Positions 10,487-22,599 are shown, numbered from the whole stretch's first letter. The stretch is 62,165 nt of DNA, filler included, from Vannella sp. (GCA_023345925.1; 6 parts of 6 records of this genome joined end to end with filler, not necessarily neighbours in it), one strand, 5' to 3'. Numbers and translations are program-made. Notes: a model not told the origin generated them from the letters alone.

Positions 10487-13400
10487 TCAAACTTGAAATC
10501 TACGGGAGGAGAGAGTCTCCAGTCTTCGGAGAGACTTGTCTGTGCGTTGGGATAGGATTCGTTGTTTGATATCGATAGCTACCACTGAAAGCAACACAAT
10601 GACGATGGCGAGGCATACAAAGGCGAGCGTGAGCCAGGGAAGGACTCGAGTACCGGTGGGAACTTCACCAGTGCATGGATCTGCGTTGGTTCCTCCTTGT
10701 AAGAGCAAAGCGAAAGAAGTCAAGTGATCTGTTTCCCCACAAAGAGCACTACTTTGTGGTTTGAGACAGGGATCTTGGCACTTCCAGCGATTCTCCTTCA
10801 CAGAAAAGAATCCAAGGCAAAGGGACTTGGAACCTCCCTTTCCTTTACTTGCAACGTTGGGCTCTTCAAAGCATAACTCGATGGGTTCTTGAAGTTGTGT
10901 GACAGCAATACCATTGGAATCGGTCAGGGAAAGATCAAGAATGACTGCTCCCACTCCGCCAGGATTGGGAAGACCTCCAGTGCCATTGACCAAGACAAAA
11001 CTGGCTTGTAGTTGCCCTCCAGAGTTGGTGATACTGCTTGGCAACGAAATACTACCAACAGAAGTTCCTTGGTCTGTTACCAAGTTGACTACCACAGGAG
11101 TTGGCTTCGTTCCAAGAGTTGGAGAGGGACTGGGACTCGCCCCTGGTGGGAGAACTTCTCCAAATGAGACAAGTAAGCCGCCAGTCTGGCAGGAATCTTC
11201 GTTATCGCAGGCAGCAAGTGCAGAGGTTATTCTCGGAGCGGCTGCAGAGGGAGAAGCGCCAACAGAAGTGGGCCTCTCCGAAGTTGATTGAGAATACGAT
11301 TCCCCAGCTGAATTACTCGATATCACGAAGATCTGGCTTGAAGTCGATTGAGAAATCTCTGGAGAGGGCTCAGTAGGAACGATAATGGAGGATGTTGGTG
11401 ATTGACTGGGCAAGAATGTCATTGATAAAGAGATGCTTGATTCAATAGAACCGGGAGACGAAGCAGAATTAGACTCTGAGACTTGATACTCCGATTTTGT
11501 AGAAGTGTTGGAAGGACTGTCACTTGCCCTAGAAGTGGTAGAAGGACTGTCACTTGTTCTAGGAGATGGGGTGCGGCCATCACTCTCCCTTTCGGATGGA
11601 GCAGCCGATTCACTCTTGGAAATAGGAAAGGAGGCCGTTCTAGAAGGTGTGTCACTTCTACTGACGCTTTCAGGCTGGGTTTGGATCGTCAAAGAACCAA
11701 GGTCGGAGGCTGTTTCAGATGGGCTGGAAGAATTAAATGGCGTCGCACTCGGGCTGAGCGGGGTCGAGGGGCTTGAAGTGGAAGTATAGCTTACGATATA
11801 AGTTTCTTCATCCGAGGAACTGATGATTGCTGGTGACGTGGCTGTCAAAGATGGAGAGCCGGAGTGACTAGGTGAGGACGAGGCAGTTTGACTCTCGGTG
11901 GGAGAGCTGCTCTGACTGGAAGATGATGAATGTGAATCATTAAGCCTTAGTGAATCCGTAGGAGAATTCGTGGGAGTACTTGTGAGGCTGCCAGAGAAAC
12001 TATGAGAAGCGCTCAGAGTCTGGCTGGTAGTCAGTGAAGCAATAAGCGTCATTGATCCCGTAGGAGAATTTGTGGCAGTACTTGTGGTACTTCCAGAGGA
12101 ACTGTAAGAAGCACTCGGAGTCTGGCTGGCAGAAAGTGGAACGGGAGAATAACCGATGAAAAAGCCGTCATGACTGGAGTCGGAAACGCTGGAACGATAA
12201 GCGAACGTCAGATTCTGGCCAGAGAAGCTCGGTAACTCGAGAATTTTTCCAGAAAATTCAAACAAAATCACTTCTTGAGCATTTGGGCCGATCTCACTCA
12301 CTATAAGAGTGTCATTCAAACCAGTATCGAATGCTAGCATTTGAAAGAAGAGCTTTTCTGTGGCAACCATCCGCCAAGTCATTTCAACCAGATTCTCATA
12401 CCTGGCACAACCGAATTCTCCCGAAGAAGCGCTGAGCTCCAATGAGTTAAATCCCTCAAGACAATAGTCATAAGGACTTGGTTGGTACCTCTGATAGGTA
12501 GCATGAAACCCTTCGATATAGTCGACACCAGATAAGAATCGAACAGACATGCCGAGAACTGAGGAGGTCGGAGGTATGACATCGCCAGAATAACTTTGCA
12601 GTAACTGATTTCTGGCAGTTCGCTCTTCTAGAATGTCACAACATGGCTGGATGGCAAAAAAGTCGTAAGAAATCAGATAACGGTCCCGGGGATTCTCTGG
12701 TGTAAACCGGACAATGGCACCATTCGTGTATCCCAGACAACCAAATTCTCCGCTAGTGCCTCCAAAGGAATACTCCGCCACTCCAGTGCAGAAATCATAT
12801 AAGGGATATCGAGTCATCTGAGCTGGACTGTATCCAATCCTAAATCCACCTGAATTCTCGGCTCCGTCAGAAGAGAAGACAAAGTTCATGTTCGCTCCCC
12901 GTATGACTCCGATTTGTGGTTGATGATCTCTATAAACTGCAATTAAAACATTATCCTGATAAACTGAAAAGGAATCGTTCCTATCCAAAATGAAGAATTG
13001 AAAGGCAAAGTCAGCCACAACCGAAGAAGAATAAGTCCATTGCACTGTAGCCAAGTTGAGGTACGATTCACATCCAAAGAACCCGCTCGCTGAATCCAGA
13101 GAAAACCGAAGTTGATTCGAGCACTCCCAAAAATGATCGGTTTCAGTGATCTGAAATCCATTGGAACGAATGCCACTTTGGCCTTCAACTCGGAAAACGA
13201 GTTTCCCTCCCAGGAAACCGATTTCTGGAGGATTAGATCCAGAGAATTTTCCGAGAAGAGTTCTGATTCCATTCTCTGCTGCAGAGTAAACTCTAACAGT
13301 ATCTGCCATTTCTAAGTTGAGGAACATAAAGTTGCTATTCAACTCTGAATCATAGTACCATTCTTGATTGAAGAAGCCGCTGTATCCTTTGCAGCCAAAG

Positions 13401-15898
13401 GGGATGCCAGGAACAATCGAAAAGTAAGCATTTTCGGTTCCGCAAAAATCATAAGTGGCCGGAGTAAATAGTGCCGGCTCATACCTCAACTTGAAACCAG
13501 ACCCTGCCATAGTTCTATTCGATTCGAATCGGATCATGAACTTGGTGCTGAAGAGTTTGTTAGGAGGAAGTACAGATCCAGAGTATGTTTGGAGAAGCGT
13601 TTGAACTCCAAGTTGATCGATGGAGAAAATAGAAATCAAGTCAGAAAAATCTTCTGAGTCAATGTAAGTGACAGAGAGTCCGGTGAGCGTGTCCCCTGAA
13701 TCGATAAACCACTCAATGACCACATCATTAGCGTATCTTGAACACCCAAAATCACTGCTATCTTCAGGTAGCTGGACTCTAGTTGAGACATCGCAGGCAA
13801 TGAGAGTGGGAGTTGACGTCTGTCGGAAAGTGATTCGAAATCCCAAATCAGAATTCTGTCCGGAGACGAACAAAAAAGCAAGATTGGATCCCACGATTGT
13901 CTCAGAATCAATGAATTCGGGAAATAAAGTACTAACTAAGGTGCGTTGGCCAGAGGTTCCATTGAAGAAAACGTAAAGAAAGTCAAACCCATTGTTTCGG
14001 AAGGACTCAATTTTGAAAACGGCCGGAGAAGACGATTGATAAACCCATTCCACAATTGCGTTACTTTCGTAATCTTCACACCCAAATGACCCAGTCAAAT
14101 GGCTGGATAAATCAATATCTAAGTTGCCCCCAGGGCAAAGAGTGGGGAGAACAGAATCGTAAATGACTTCAGAGAATTGAATAATGATATTCCTTGTGCT
14201 TGAGGCCGTTTTGGAGAAGAATTGAATCTCAAGGTCAATTCCTTGTGTCCTGACAAATTGATTTGATACATCAAAAGTCTGGAGGATCGTTTGAGTGCCA
14301 TCAGAATGATGTTGAATCACTCTCAGCTCTTCACCAGTAATCAATGTACCGGACAGTCTCGTGTAGCTTGTTAGCTTCCCACTGTCTTTTCGCCAATTCA
14401 CATTGGAGCTTTCTTCGTAAGAATCACATCCGAAGGTGCCAGAAGATCCGACCAGAGCGTAGGAATAAGTTCCTGAATAGCATAGCGCATAGACGTCTAA
14501 ATGAGCAGGTTGATAGGATATATGGAACCCTGTCCCTTCACTGTTCTGAGCATTCGATGTGAATCTAATCAGAAGAGAAGTTTCACCAACTAGACCAGCA
14601 GGAATGGTGCTTCCGCTTGAAGTACTCAGCAACCGGTGAGTGCCATTTCCTAACAACCTGTAGATGGAAATTATGTCGCAGCACTCTTCAGTATCCAGAA
14701 ATTTGAATTTCAATACGCAGGGCCGCATCACCTGAACGCGCCACTCTCTTACAATCAAGTCAGAATAAGTATCACATCCAAAAACTCCACTAGCTGCAGA
14801 AAGGGAGAGAGCTTCAGATGGTGCAGTACAAGGGCCATTAAAACGTGGCTGGTAGTCATTAAATGTTACTTTGAAGCCTTCACCAACATTTGGAGAAGTG
14901 GAGAGGAAATCGAAAAAGTAGTTTCCAGTAAATGTCAAGGGCAGAGTGAGAGGCCCAGAGATAGTCTGTGCTATCTCAATCAATCCAGTCGCAGAGTTAA
15001 TAGTATACACCACCAAACGATCACCTGGGGAGCGAGTGTTTAAAAACTCGATTGAGTACACAGAATTGATCCCAAAGTCGCGAATCCAGCTTCTTCCTGC
15101 ACCACCTTGATATCCTTTGCAACCAAACTCTCCAGTTGGCTCTCGGATATACATGCGGAGATCTTCTGGCTCACAAAGACCGTACAAACCATCATTTCTC
15201 TTCTCATTCACAATGTCATGCTTGACAGAGAAGGAGGTCCCATCTGCCTTAAGCGAACTGAATCTGAAGAGCAGATTGTTGCCGACTATCTGAGTGGGGA
15301 ACAGAAGGAGATTGAAGGATAAGTGATGCAGCTCGTTGCCATTTTCATCAAGTTGGAAGACCTCGAGCACATCTCCATTCCAGTCATCAACGTTGATGTG
15401 AAAGAGAACGTCTGGACCAGCGGGATAGTGCCATTCAATACGTGCGTTGGGAAATGCGTTGGGACATCCAAACTCGCCTCTTTCTTGCAGGGTGAAGTTG
15501 TACGATCCGAAGCATGCAGAAGACAGAGTTGAAGGGCTGTAATTGACCTCAAATCCCAAATCTGTGAGAGTCTCATCTGACATGAAGCGGAAACGCAAAT
15601 GGGAGCCTCGAATGGGAGCCTGAGCCTCGGAGCCTCGGAAGGTTTCCATGAGAACATTAGAAACACCATCGTACACTTCTAAGATGTCACAGCATGCTTC
15701 GGTAGCAAACGAAGCGAACAGAAAGTCTATTGGGTGGGCTGAGTGAAGAGTCCACTCCACCACAGCAGCGTCTTCATAACCCTGGCATCCAAATGAGCCA
15801 GTTGATCCTACTGGAACGTAAGAGACTGATCCCGAAGTACACGGAAGGAATTGCGCATTGGAAAGTAGGAACAGCGACAGCAACAGAGCAACGCGCAT
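10487..15898 (-). CDS. Giant cell-surface protein: signal peptide, about 11 CUB-like repeats, Ser/Thr stalk, GPS-like motif, single TM
   Basis: MRVALLLSLFLL signal; 11 FGC-anchored repeats with TE.CCD.L.VY.G and F.SD....GF...Y; S/T/P stalk; CLGFF...WKCQDPCL...LCGETDHLTSFALLL; one hydrophobic helix; short basic tail. No introns. Confidence 0.9.
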   Translation of the reverse strand: MRVALLLSLFLLSNAQFLPCTSGSVSYVPVGSTGSFGCQGYEDAAVVEWTLHSAHPIDFLFASFATEACCDILEVYDGVSNVLMETFRGSEAQAPIRGSHLRFRFMSDETLTDLGFEVNYSPSTLSSACFGSYNFTLQERGEFGCPNAFPNARIEWHYPAGPDVLFHINVDDWNGDVLEVFQLDENGNELHHLSFNLLLFPTQIVGNNLLFRFSSLKADGTSFSVKHDIVNEKRNDGLYGLCEPEDLRMYIREPTGEFGCKGYQGGAGRSWIRDFGINSVYSIEFLNTRSPGDRLVVYTINSATGLIEIAQTISGPLTLPLTFTGNYFFDFLSTSPNVGEGFKVTFNDYQPRFNGPCTAPSEALSLSAASGVFGCDTYSDLIVREWRVQVMRPCVLKFKFLDTEECCDIISIYRLLGNGTHRLLSTSSGSTIPAGLVGETSLLIRFTSNAQNSEGTGFHISYQPAHLDVYALCYSGTYSYALVGSSGTFGCDSYEESSNVNWRKDSGKLTSYTRLSGTLITGEELRVIQHHSDGTQTILQTFDVSNQFVRTQGIDLEIQFFSKTASSTRNIIIQFSEVIYDSVLPTLCPGGNLDIDLSSHLTGSFGCEDYESNAIVEWVYQSSSPAVFKIESFRNNGFDFLYVFFNGTSGQRTLVSTLFPEFIDSETIVGSNLAFLFVSGQNSDLGFRITFRQTSTPTLIACDVSTRVQLPEDSSDFGCSRYANDVVIEWFIDSGDTLTGLSVTYIDSEDFSDLISIFSIDQLGVQTLLQTYSGSVLPPNKLFSTKFMIRFESNRTMAGSGFKLRYEPALFTPATYDFCGTENAYFSIVPGIPFGCKGYSGFFNQEWYYDSELNSNFMFLNLEMADTVRVYSAAENGIRTLLGKFSGSNPPEIGFLGGKLVFRVEGQSGIRSNGFQITETDHFWECSNQLRFSLDSASGFFGCESYLNLATVQWTYSSSVVADFAFQFFILDRNDSFSVYQDNVLIAVYRDHQPQIGVIRGANMNFVFSSDGAENSGGFRIGYSPAQMTRYPLYDFCTGVAEYSFGGTSGEFGCLGYTNGAIVRFTPENPRDRYLISYDFFAIQPCCDILEERTARNQLLQSYSGDVIPPTSSVLGMSVRFLSGVDYIEGFHATYQRYQPSPYDYCLEGFNSLELSASSGEFGCARYENLVEMTWRMVATEKLFFQMLAFDTGLNDTLIVSEIGPNAQEVILFEFSGKILELPSFSGQNLTFAYRSSVSDSSHDGFFIGYSPVPLSASQTPSASYSSSGSTTSTATNSPTGSMTLIASLTTSQTLSASHSFSGSLTSTPTNSPTDSLRLNDSHSSSSSQSSSPTESQTASSSPSHSGSPSLTATSPAIISSSDEETYIVSYTSTSSPSTPLSPSATPFNSSSPSETASDLGSLTIQTQPESVSRSDTPSRTASFPISKSESAAPSERESDGRTPSPRTSDSPSTTSRASDSPSNTSTKSEYQVSESNSASSPGSIESSISLSMTFLPSQSPTSSIIVPTEPSPEISQSTSSQIFVISSNSAGESYSQSTSERPTSVGASPSAAAPRITSALAACDNEDSCQTGGLLVSFGEVLPPGASPSPSPTLGTKPTPVVVNLVTDQGTSVGSISLPSSITNSGGQLQASFVLVNGTGGLPNPGGVGAVILDLSLTDSNGIAVTQLQEPIELCFEEPNVASKGKGGSKSLCLGFFSVKENRWKCQDPCLKPQSSALCGETDHLTSFALLLQGGTNADPCTGEVPTGTRVLPWLTLAFVCLAIVIVLLSVVAIDIKQRILSQRTDKSLRRLETLSSRRFQV

Positions 15899-16695
15899 TG
15901 CAAATGAGATGACGGAGAATTCAAAGAAAAGCATGCACGCGCAAGAATGGGTCACGTGACCTGGGTTGGAAGTTAAAAAGGGAGTTTGAATCTTTTTCCC
16001 TCACCTTACCTAGTTATTCATTGTCAATGTGCCCCAATGGGACCAACAATGGAAGGTCCTAGCAGTCTGTTGAATCAGTTGCCAATTCCTGTTGGAGTCC
16101 TCCACTTTACTGCCCTCAAGTGATCAAGCTCATGATGGACAGTTCAGTCAATCCCTGAGATCAGAATGAGAGGAATCAGCTGAAAGCTGAAATCGAAGGT
16201 CCTCGGAAAGCGGCATTTGATTGGCTCACCAGCTCGGATCGGGTCAATCCCCCACCTTTTTTCCTATCAGCAGTTCAAAAGGAAATATTTTTCTGCGTCG
16301 GTGGGTGTGACTTTTCATTCGTTTTGTTGGCACTTGAAACGAGAAGGTCCAGTTTCCTTTGCCCTTCCAAGGGCTGGCGAATTCTCTCAATCCCAAGCTC
16401 GTACGGACGCTCAGGTTCCCCTGGAGAAGGAGACCTTTCTCCGAAGCAAGAGAGCGCCAGCCTAGAAATGATTTGAGCTTCCAAGCTGTTGATCATAACA
16501 ACAGCAAAGGAAACTCTGAAGCAACCAGCAGAAGCCTTACTATGCTGAATGTGCTTTTACAGAAGTAAGCGTTGGTTCAAGTCCGTTTTCTCTTTGAAGT
16601 AATCGACGTCATGAAAGTTGCTGGTGCAGTTTAGTTCAGTGAAGAGAAAGATGAGTTCGAAAAAGGAAGGGAGCTGATTGGCTCAGTTAGTGTGG

Positions 16696-19600
16696 TCAGT
16701 TAAGTGTCCCCAATCGGTTGAAAGTATTGTTCAGTTTGGCGACTCGAATACGATGTTTGATCTCGATAACGATGGTGGACAAAATCACCACAATGATTGC
16801 AAGGCAAACGAAAGCTAGAGTTAGCCACTGTAGGACTCGACTGGAAGTGTTATTTCTGGTGCACGGATCTGTGTTAGTGCTGCCTTGAAGAAGCAAAGCA
16901 AAGGAAGTCAAGTGATCCGTCTCCCCGCAAAGGGTTTCGTTTTTTTGCTTGAGGCAAGGGTCTTGGCACTTCCAGCGATTCTTTTTCACATCAAAGAATC
17001 CTAGGCAAAGGGACTTGGAACCTCCCTTTCCCTTTTCTTTGCCGTTGGGCTTGTCAAAGCAAATTGTGATGGGCTCTTGCAGTTCAGTAACTTCTTCGCC
17101 ATTCAAATCGGTTAGGGAAAGAACGAGAAAGACTGCACCAACTCCTACAGGATTAGGAATAGCATAAGAGCCATTAACTAACACAAAGTTAGCTTGCAGT
17201 TGCCCTCCAGAGGTGGTCAGGCTGGTGGGTATTATAACGCTACCAACACTGATGCCTTGGTCTGTTATCAAATCAACCACCAACGGTGGAGGCTGAGTTC
17301 CAAGAGAGAAACTGGCACTAGGACTGGCATCTGGAGGAAGAACGACAATGTCCCCAAAAGAGATGAGAACCCCTCCGGTCTGACAAGAGTTTGCTTCTTC
17401 GCACGCATCAATGGCAGCAGTCACTCTGGGAACGGCTTCTAAACTTCTTGAAGGCAAAGCTGAGGCTGATTGTGAGGGAAAAGATGATTCTGGGAGATTT
17501 GACGATGCGAGGAGGGAAGGCTGCTCAGTTACTGAAGAGCTTTGCGAAAGAGGCTCCTGAGAGCCTGTCAGACTTGAAGTTACACTTTCTTCCAAAGAAG
17601 GGATGCTGGATGGGGTGAGTGATAGTTCTTCTTCTGACACAGAACTCAAGGGAGAAGGCTCTTTTGATAGATCAGCTGGGAATGATGAACTCTGACTACG
17701 ACTTGGGAAGAGTCTTGAGGTAGATGCACTTTCTTTCGCAGAGCCTGATGGCGAAGGACGGCCTGATGGCGAAAGACCTAATTCTGATGGTGTGATAGTC
17801 GGGAGAGGTGTTATAGTCTCCGATTGAGATGAAGAAGTAGTTGCACTTGAGGTAGTGAAAGAAGTTATGCTTGCGATGAACGGATGAGAAGATGTAGCTG
17901 AAGAGGAAGGCCGCTCAAAAAGGGAAGGGATCATTGAGGGTGTTTCTGACTGCGTAGAAGAAGGACTGGGACTCGAAGCAAGGGGACTTCCGCTGTTGGT
18001 CTCCGTAATCGATAGTGATTTGGGTATGCTAGGAGAGAGAGAGACTGTGATAGAACGACTCAAAGAGAAACTGCTAGTCAGTGACGAAGAAATGCTATCG
18101 GAGGGCGTGCTTGAGAGAGTCTGAGTCTGAGTTTCCGACGACGATGGTGTGCTTGAGCATGTTGAGGATCGCGTTGTGGAGGCTGACACACAAATTGAGG
18201 GACTTGGACTACTACTCGGGGTCTGACTTGTAGAAAGAGGAACTGGAGAGTAAACTATTTCAAAGCCACTCCCTTCCCCCTTGTCAGAGAGGAAAGTGAA
18301 GGTCAGATTCTTGCCGTAGACGATAGGGATTACATCACTCGTCCCCGAGAATTCGTACAAAGTCACCAAATTACCATTTGGGCCTAAATCTGTGATGGTC
18401 AGAGTGCCTCCTCCTGTTGGGCCGATATCAAACGAAATGAACTGGAACATAAGCTTCTCTTCGCTCAACATCTCCCAAGTCATATCAACTTGGCTCTGGA
18501 AGCCATTGCAGCCGAATCTTCCTGTGTTACCGGATAAAGCAAAAGTGTTAACTCCTTCCAAACAGAACTCATAAGCTGGTGGTTGATACCGTTGAAAGGA
18601 GGCCATAAATCCATGTCCGACCTCATAAGCAGAGCCAGAATACAATCGGATAGAAATTCCAAGCTCTGTGATATCTGGGGGAGTCGAATCGGCTGACAAA
18701 CTTAACAATCTTTCATCAATAGAACGTTCTTCAAGACCATCACAACACGGATTGACTTGAAAAAAGTCGAAAGTGATTATGTATCTCACCCTCGGGTTGT
18801 CCGGGCTAAATCGGACAGTGGTACCCATATCATAGCCACTGCAGCCGAAACGACCACTTGCTCCGCCAAAGGTGTATTCTGCCTGTCCGGAACAGAATTC
18901 ATAAAGAGGGTCTCTAGAAAGTACGGCTGGAGAGTACTGAACCTGAAACGCACCGCCATTCCCTCCCCCCATCGGAGTTAAAGACAAAGCTCACCTCCTT
19001 ACCACGAATCACTCCAATGAAAGGTTGATTGCCCTGGTAAGTAGCAAACAGCGTCAAGTCACGATAAACAGAAAGAATGTCGTTCAATTCTGTCGCAAAG
19101 AAGAGGAAGGTGAAGTCAACTGGGACAGGAGATGAATGGGCCCAACTAGCTTGCACATTATTGCCATAACTAGTGCACCCAAAAATGCCGCTTGGCTGGT
19201 GAAGAGGGAAACTGAAGGAACGGACACAGGCCGAATAAGCATCCTGTTCTTCTTTTGCGATCTTAAACCCTTCGAGAGTTAGATCCTGATTAGATGCAAA
19301 CTGAAAAACAAAGAGTCCTCCCGAATAAACGGTGGATGGAATAATGTCTCCGCTGTACTGATCCAGATGAGTCCTAACTCCACTCTTCGTTGTAGAATAA
19401 ACAGTCATTTGATCGTTGAGAGCTTCCGTTGAGAAGGAGAGGAACTCAATACTAGTATATATACTAGCATACGAATCATAGAAATACTCCCTTGTGATGG
19501 AGTTTTGATATCCGTCGCACCCAAAGGGGACGTCTGGATCGATTAAAAAGTAACCACTAGAATTACAATATTCGTACGTCGCTGGAGAAAAGATGACTGG

Positions 19601-20562
19601 CTCGTAAAACAATTTAAACCCATTTTCTTGATTGACCAATCTGGATTCTAAACGAATCAGAAATTTGGTACCAAGAAGTTTGTCAATGGGATCAAAAGAA
19701 CCGGAATACGATTGAGCGAATCTTTGTCCTTCTTCATCAACCCACAAGACGGTTATGTCATCAAAGTAGGGATCCGTAGAAATGTATCTCATTGAAAGTC
19801 CAGTGAGAGTGTTCCCTGAATCGATATGCCACTCAATTGGAACGCTGATAGAATACCTAAAGCATCCAAAAGAGCTGGATTCCCGCGGGAGCTGTGTTTT
19901 GGAAGCCCATAGTCGTTTGTTACAAAGATCCTCGAGAGAGGTTGTAAAGTTGATCTGGAAGCCCACTCCTTGAGAAGTATTTGAGAGAAATACGAAAGCC
20001 AAATCAAAGCCAACAATTGTCTCGAATTGAAGTGAGCCAGAGAAAGAGCTCAGCAACGTCCGCTGACCAGATGGTCCAACTTGGAGGACGTACAAAAAGT
20101 CTTGTAGCCTTGTTGTTTGGAAGTTCACAATTGTAAATTGTGCTTGAACACTGGATCGATACACCCACTCTACAAGAGAGTTGGGACGGTACCCATCGCA
20201 GCCAAAAGTACCAGATTCAGAGTCTGATAAATCAAAGTCTGTGATGCCCCCACGGCATTCACTTAGCGGAGGGATTTGGCTCAGAATAACTTCTGAATAT
20301 AGGAGACGTACTTCACTTGAACTTCTAGCTTGATTGGAAACAAACTGGAACTCAAGATCAATTCCTTTAACTCGGATGAAAGGATTTGATCCATCAAAAG
20401 TTTGCAGAATAGTTTGGCTGCCGTCAGGATTATTTTGGAGAACTCTCAAAACGCTGCAACAATCAATTAGATTAAAAGAATTCCGAGTCGCTCTCGAATA
20501 ACTTGTAAGCACTGAGTTACCTTTCCGCCAGTTAACGACAGAAGTATCCTCGTATCCTGCGC
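16696..20562 (-). CDS. Tandem paralog of the CUB-stalk-GPS-TM protein; 5'-truncated by contig end, +1 frameshift at about 18965-18970
   Basis: Six FGC repeats collinear with the neighbouring gene and the same LCGETDHLTSFALLLQG. ORFs 18914-20512 and 16696-18987 join if one G is removed from a G6 run. Confidence 0.85.
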
Positions 20563-20662
20563 NNNNNNNNNNNNNNNNNNNNNNNNNNNNNNNNNNNNNN
20601 NNNNNNTTAATTAATTAANNNNNNNNNNNNNNNNNNNNNNNNNNNNNNNNNNNNNNNNNNNN
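20563..20662. other. Artificial contig linker
   Basis: N44-TTAATTAATTAA-N44. Confidence 0.99.
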
Positions 20663-21170
20663 CATCTCCTTGGGCGGTGTTATTGAGAAACTCGCACTGA
20701 ACAAAAGATTGAATGAGACTTCCTTCAAATGGGGAGTCATCAGCTGATCGTCCTGAACCTTGCAGGAGAAGCTTCTTCTGCCGATCTTGGCGTTGTTAGT
20801 TCACCCTCAAGACCAAAAACTCCTCTCACTCGATGGTGACGGAGACTGCGGACGAGTTGAGGACCACTTCAGAGTTCCCTTGGCCAGAGTAATTGCCTGG
20901 AGCGAAAACAAGCCGCGCTGAGCCCCTTGGGAGGGCGTAGGCCTCCACAAGAGCCCCTCGAAGACCCAAACACGGGCACTCTCCCGCATGAGCCCACACA
21001 GCTTCCCTCAAACCCAGCATCCACCTGAATCACCACCTCGCTGTCCCCCGCTACATTACACTCAGTCACTCCTCTTCCGACCTTCCTCAATCCTCTCACG
21101 CTTCACAAACACAAAGAAAACGACCCAAAACAACCCCCACGCCCTGCAACCCTGGATGCGGCTCATCATC
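20663..21170 (-). pseudogene. Degenerate N-terminus of a secreted beta-helix-like surface protein
   Basis: Hydrophobic leader, then VVIQVDAGFEGSCVGSCG and ECPCLGL...FAPGNYSGQGNSEV in different frames, and FVQCEFLNNTA at the contig end. Confidence 0.35.
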
Positions 21171-21221
21171 ATAATAACCCTTGAATTCTAAAAGGACAGT
21201 TTTTGTTGGGAAGGAGGAAAC

Positions 21222-21578
21222 ATGTCCACCATGGGAATGTATCGTGTTCGCTGGCCAGCGATGAAGTTTGGGCCCAAGTATCAGCACAAACGTCCAAACG
21301 TGTCTCAGGACTTGAAGTCTGTGTGCCAGGGCCACTGGATTGCGGTTATGGAGTGTGTGCGAAAGACGCCCCTCACTGATCGGGGACGATGCCAGCGCTA
21401 CATGAACGAGATGTGGGACTGTGTTGATGAAGTGGTACGTATTGATGTTTAGCTTCTTCTGCGCCGTTGGGAACTCATCCGCGACCAACAGAAAGTGCGA
21501 AAGTCAGATCTCAAGACAGCCAAGTACCGTTTAGCCAAGTTCATGCGAGGACGCGACTCCTTTGGCATCCTCATCTAA
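21222..21578 (+). CDS. Twin CX9C protein, mitoribosomal mS37 (CHCHD1/Mrp10)-like
   Basis: C-QGHWIAVME-C and C-QRYMNEMWD-C; basic N-terminus; intron 21435-21491; basic tail KTAKYRLAKF. Confidence 0.7.
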
Positions 21579-21656
21579 TACTTATAGCCTCTGATACACA
21601 CAACACCATCTCCCTTGCGTATAAAGCGCGTCTTCACCATTTCCTCCTTCCCCCTC

Positions 21657-21935
21657 ATGGTAGGCAGTCCAAAGGATCCCCTGTGGGTCGGACGCTCCAC
21701 AACAGCGTTCAGAGTGTTCAACTGGGAGCTGTTTGTCACTCCAAGGCGCTGGCTGATGCTTGGAGGTGCCATCATCGCTTTGGGAGTGTCAGGAAGCCTT
21801 TGGTGGGAGATCAGACAGGCCCAAACGAAGCAGGAGAAGGTGAAACACAACCGACGTGTACAAGAGCTTGCGGCTGAGATCAAGCAACGGGACCTGGACA
21901 AGGAAAGAGCCTCCAACATCTCCCCTCCCACTTGA
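21657..21935 (+). CDS. Small integral membrane protein, SMIM8/DUF4500-like
   Basis: RSTTAFRVFNWELFVTP..WLMLGG followed by one TM helix. Confidence 0.65.
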   Translation: MVGSPKDPLWVGRSTTAFRVFNWELFVTPRRWLMLGGAIIALGVSGSLWWEIRQAQTKQEKVKHNRRVQELAAEIKQRDLDKERASNISPPT

Positions 21936-22160
21936 ACTGAGTGGAGAGGCTCACAGTCAACCGTGTCGCTTCGTTTAGGCATTCCACTCGCCCTTTATAA
22001 AGGTTACGGAGCTTAGCTTCCAACAGGAGCTGCAGGCAATCCCTCTTCCCTTCCAAGTATCAAACAAGAAGGGAGTTCGAGTTCGAGTTCGAACTACGAG
22101 AAGTGAGCATCAACCTACAGTAGATCCGCTGCGTTGAGTCAATCTGAGCATTGCTACTTG

Positions 22161-22568
22161 ATGAGCGCCGGGTTGCCTTGGCTAGGTCGCTTCTCTCTCC
22201 CTTTAGTCCGAGGATATGCGACGAGCGGTGGCACCAAGTGGTTACTGAAGGGACAAACGATCCCTACCTTCAAGAAGATGGTGGACAAGCTAGTGGCAGA
22301 GAAGACAGGGGCAGAGAACGCCCTCTTGACTCACTCGTGGAGCGGTTCTCCGTCTTTGTCAGGAGGAGAGATCCTCACCTTCACAGTGCAGAAGGCAGGT
22401 ACATCTACCATCCAGTTTACAGTTGAGGACAACAAGGAACCCGCAGGTGTAAGCGTCAGGGAGACGGCAAGGCAGCTGGCCTTCTTCCACTCCTCCTTCG
22501 AACCGACTATCAACGTGGAGATTGCTCGTCTGATCACATCCGTGGGTGCAGAGCAACAGAAGGAATGA
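22161..22568 (+). CDS. Hypothetical protein, possibly mitochondrial
   Basis: 135-aa ORF with presequence-like N-terminus (LGRFSLPLVRGYA). Confidence 0.5.
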   Translation: MSAGLPWLGRFSLPLVRGYATSGGTKWLLKGQTIPTFKKMVDKLVAEKTGAENALLTHSWSGSPSLSGGEILTFTVQKAGTSTIQFTVEDNKEPAGVSVRETARQLAFFHSSFEPTINVEIARLITSVGAEQQKE

Positions 22569-22599
22569 GAGCTACGTTTGATACACTCAAAGAGAGCGT

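Noticed and set aside
15960..16690. Intergenic short ORFs between the CUB paralogs
   Set aside because: No motif, terminal repeats or transposase signature seen.
22070..22096. GTTCGA triplet resembling a tRNA T-loop or Pol III box B
   Set aside because: No cloverleaf or box A could be built; it looks like a short simple repeat.
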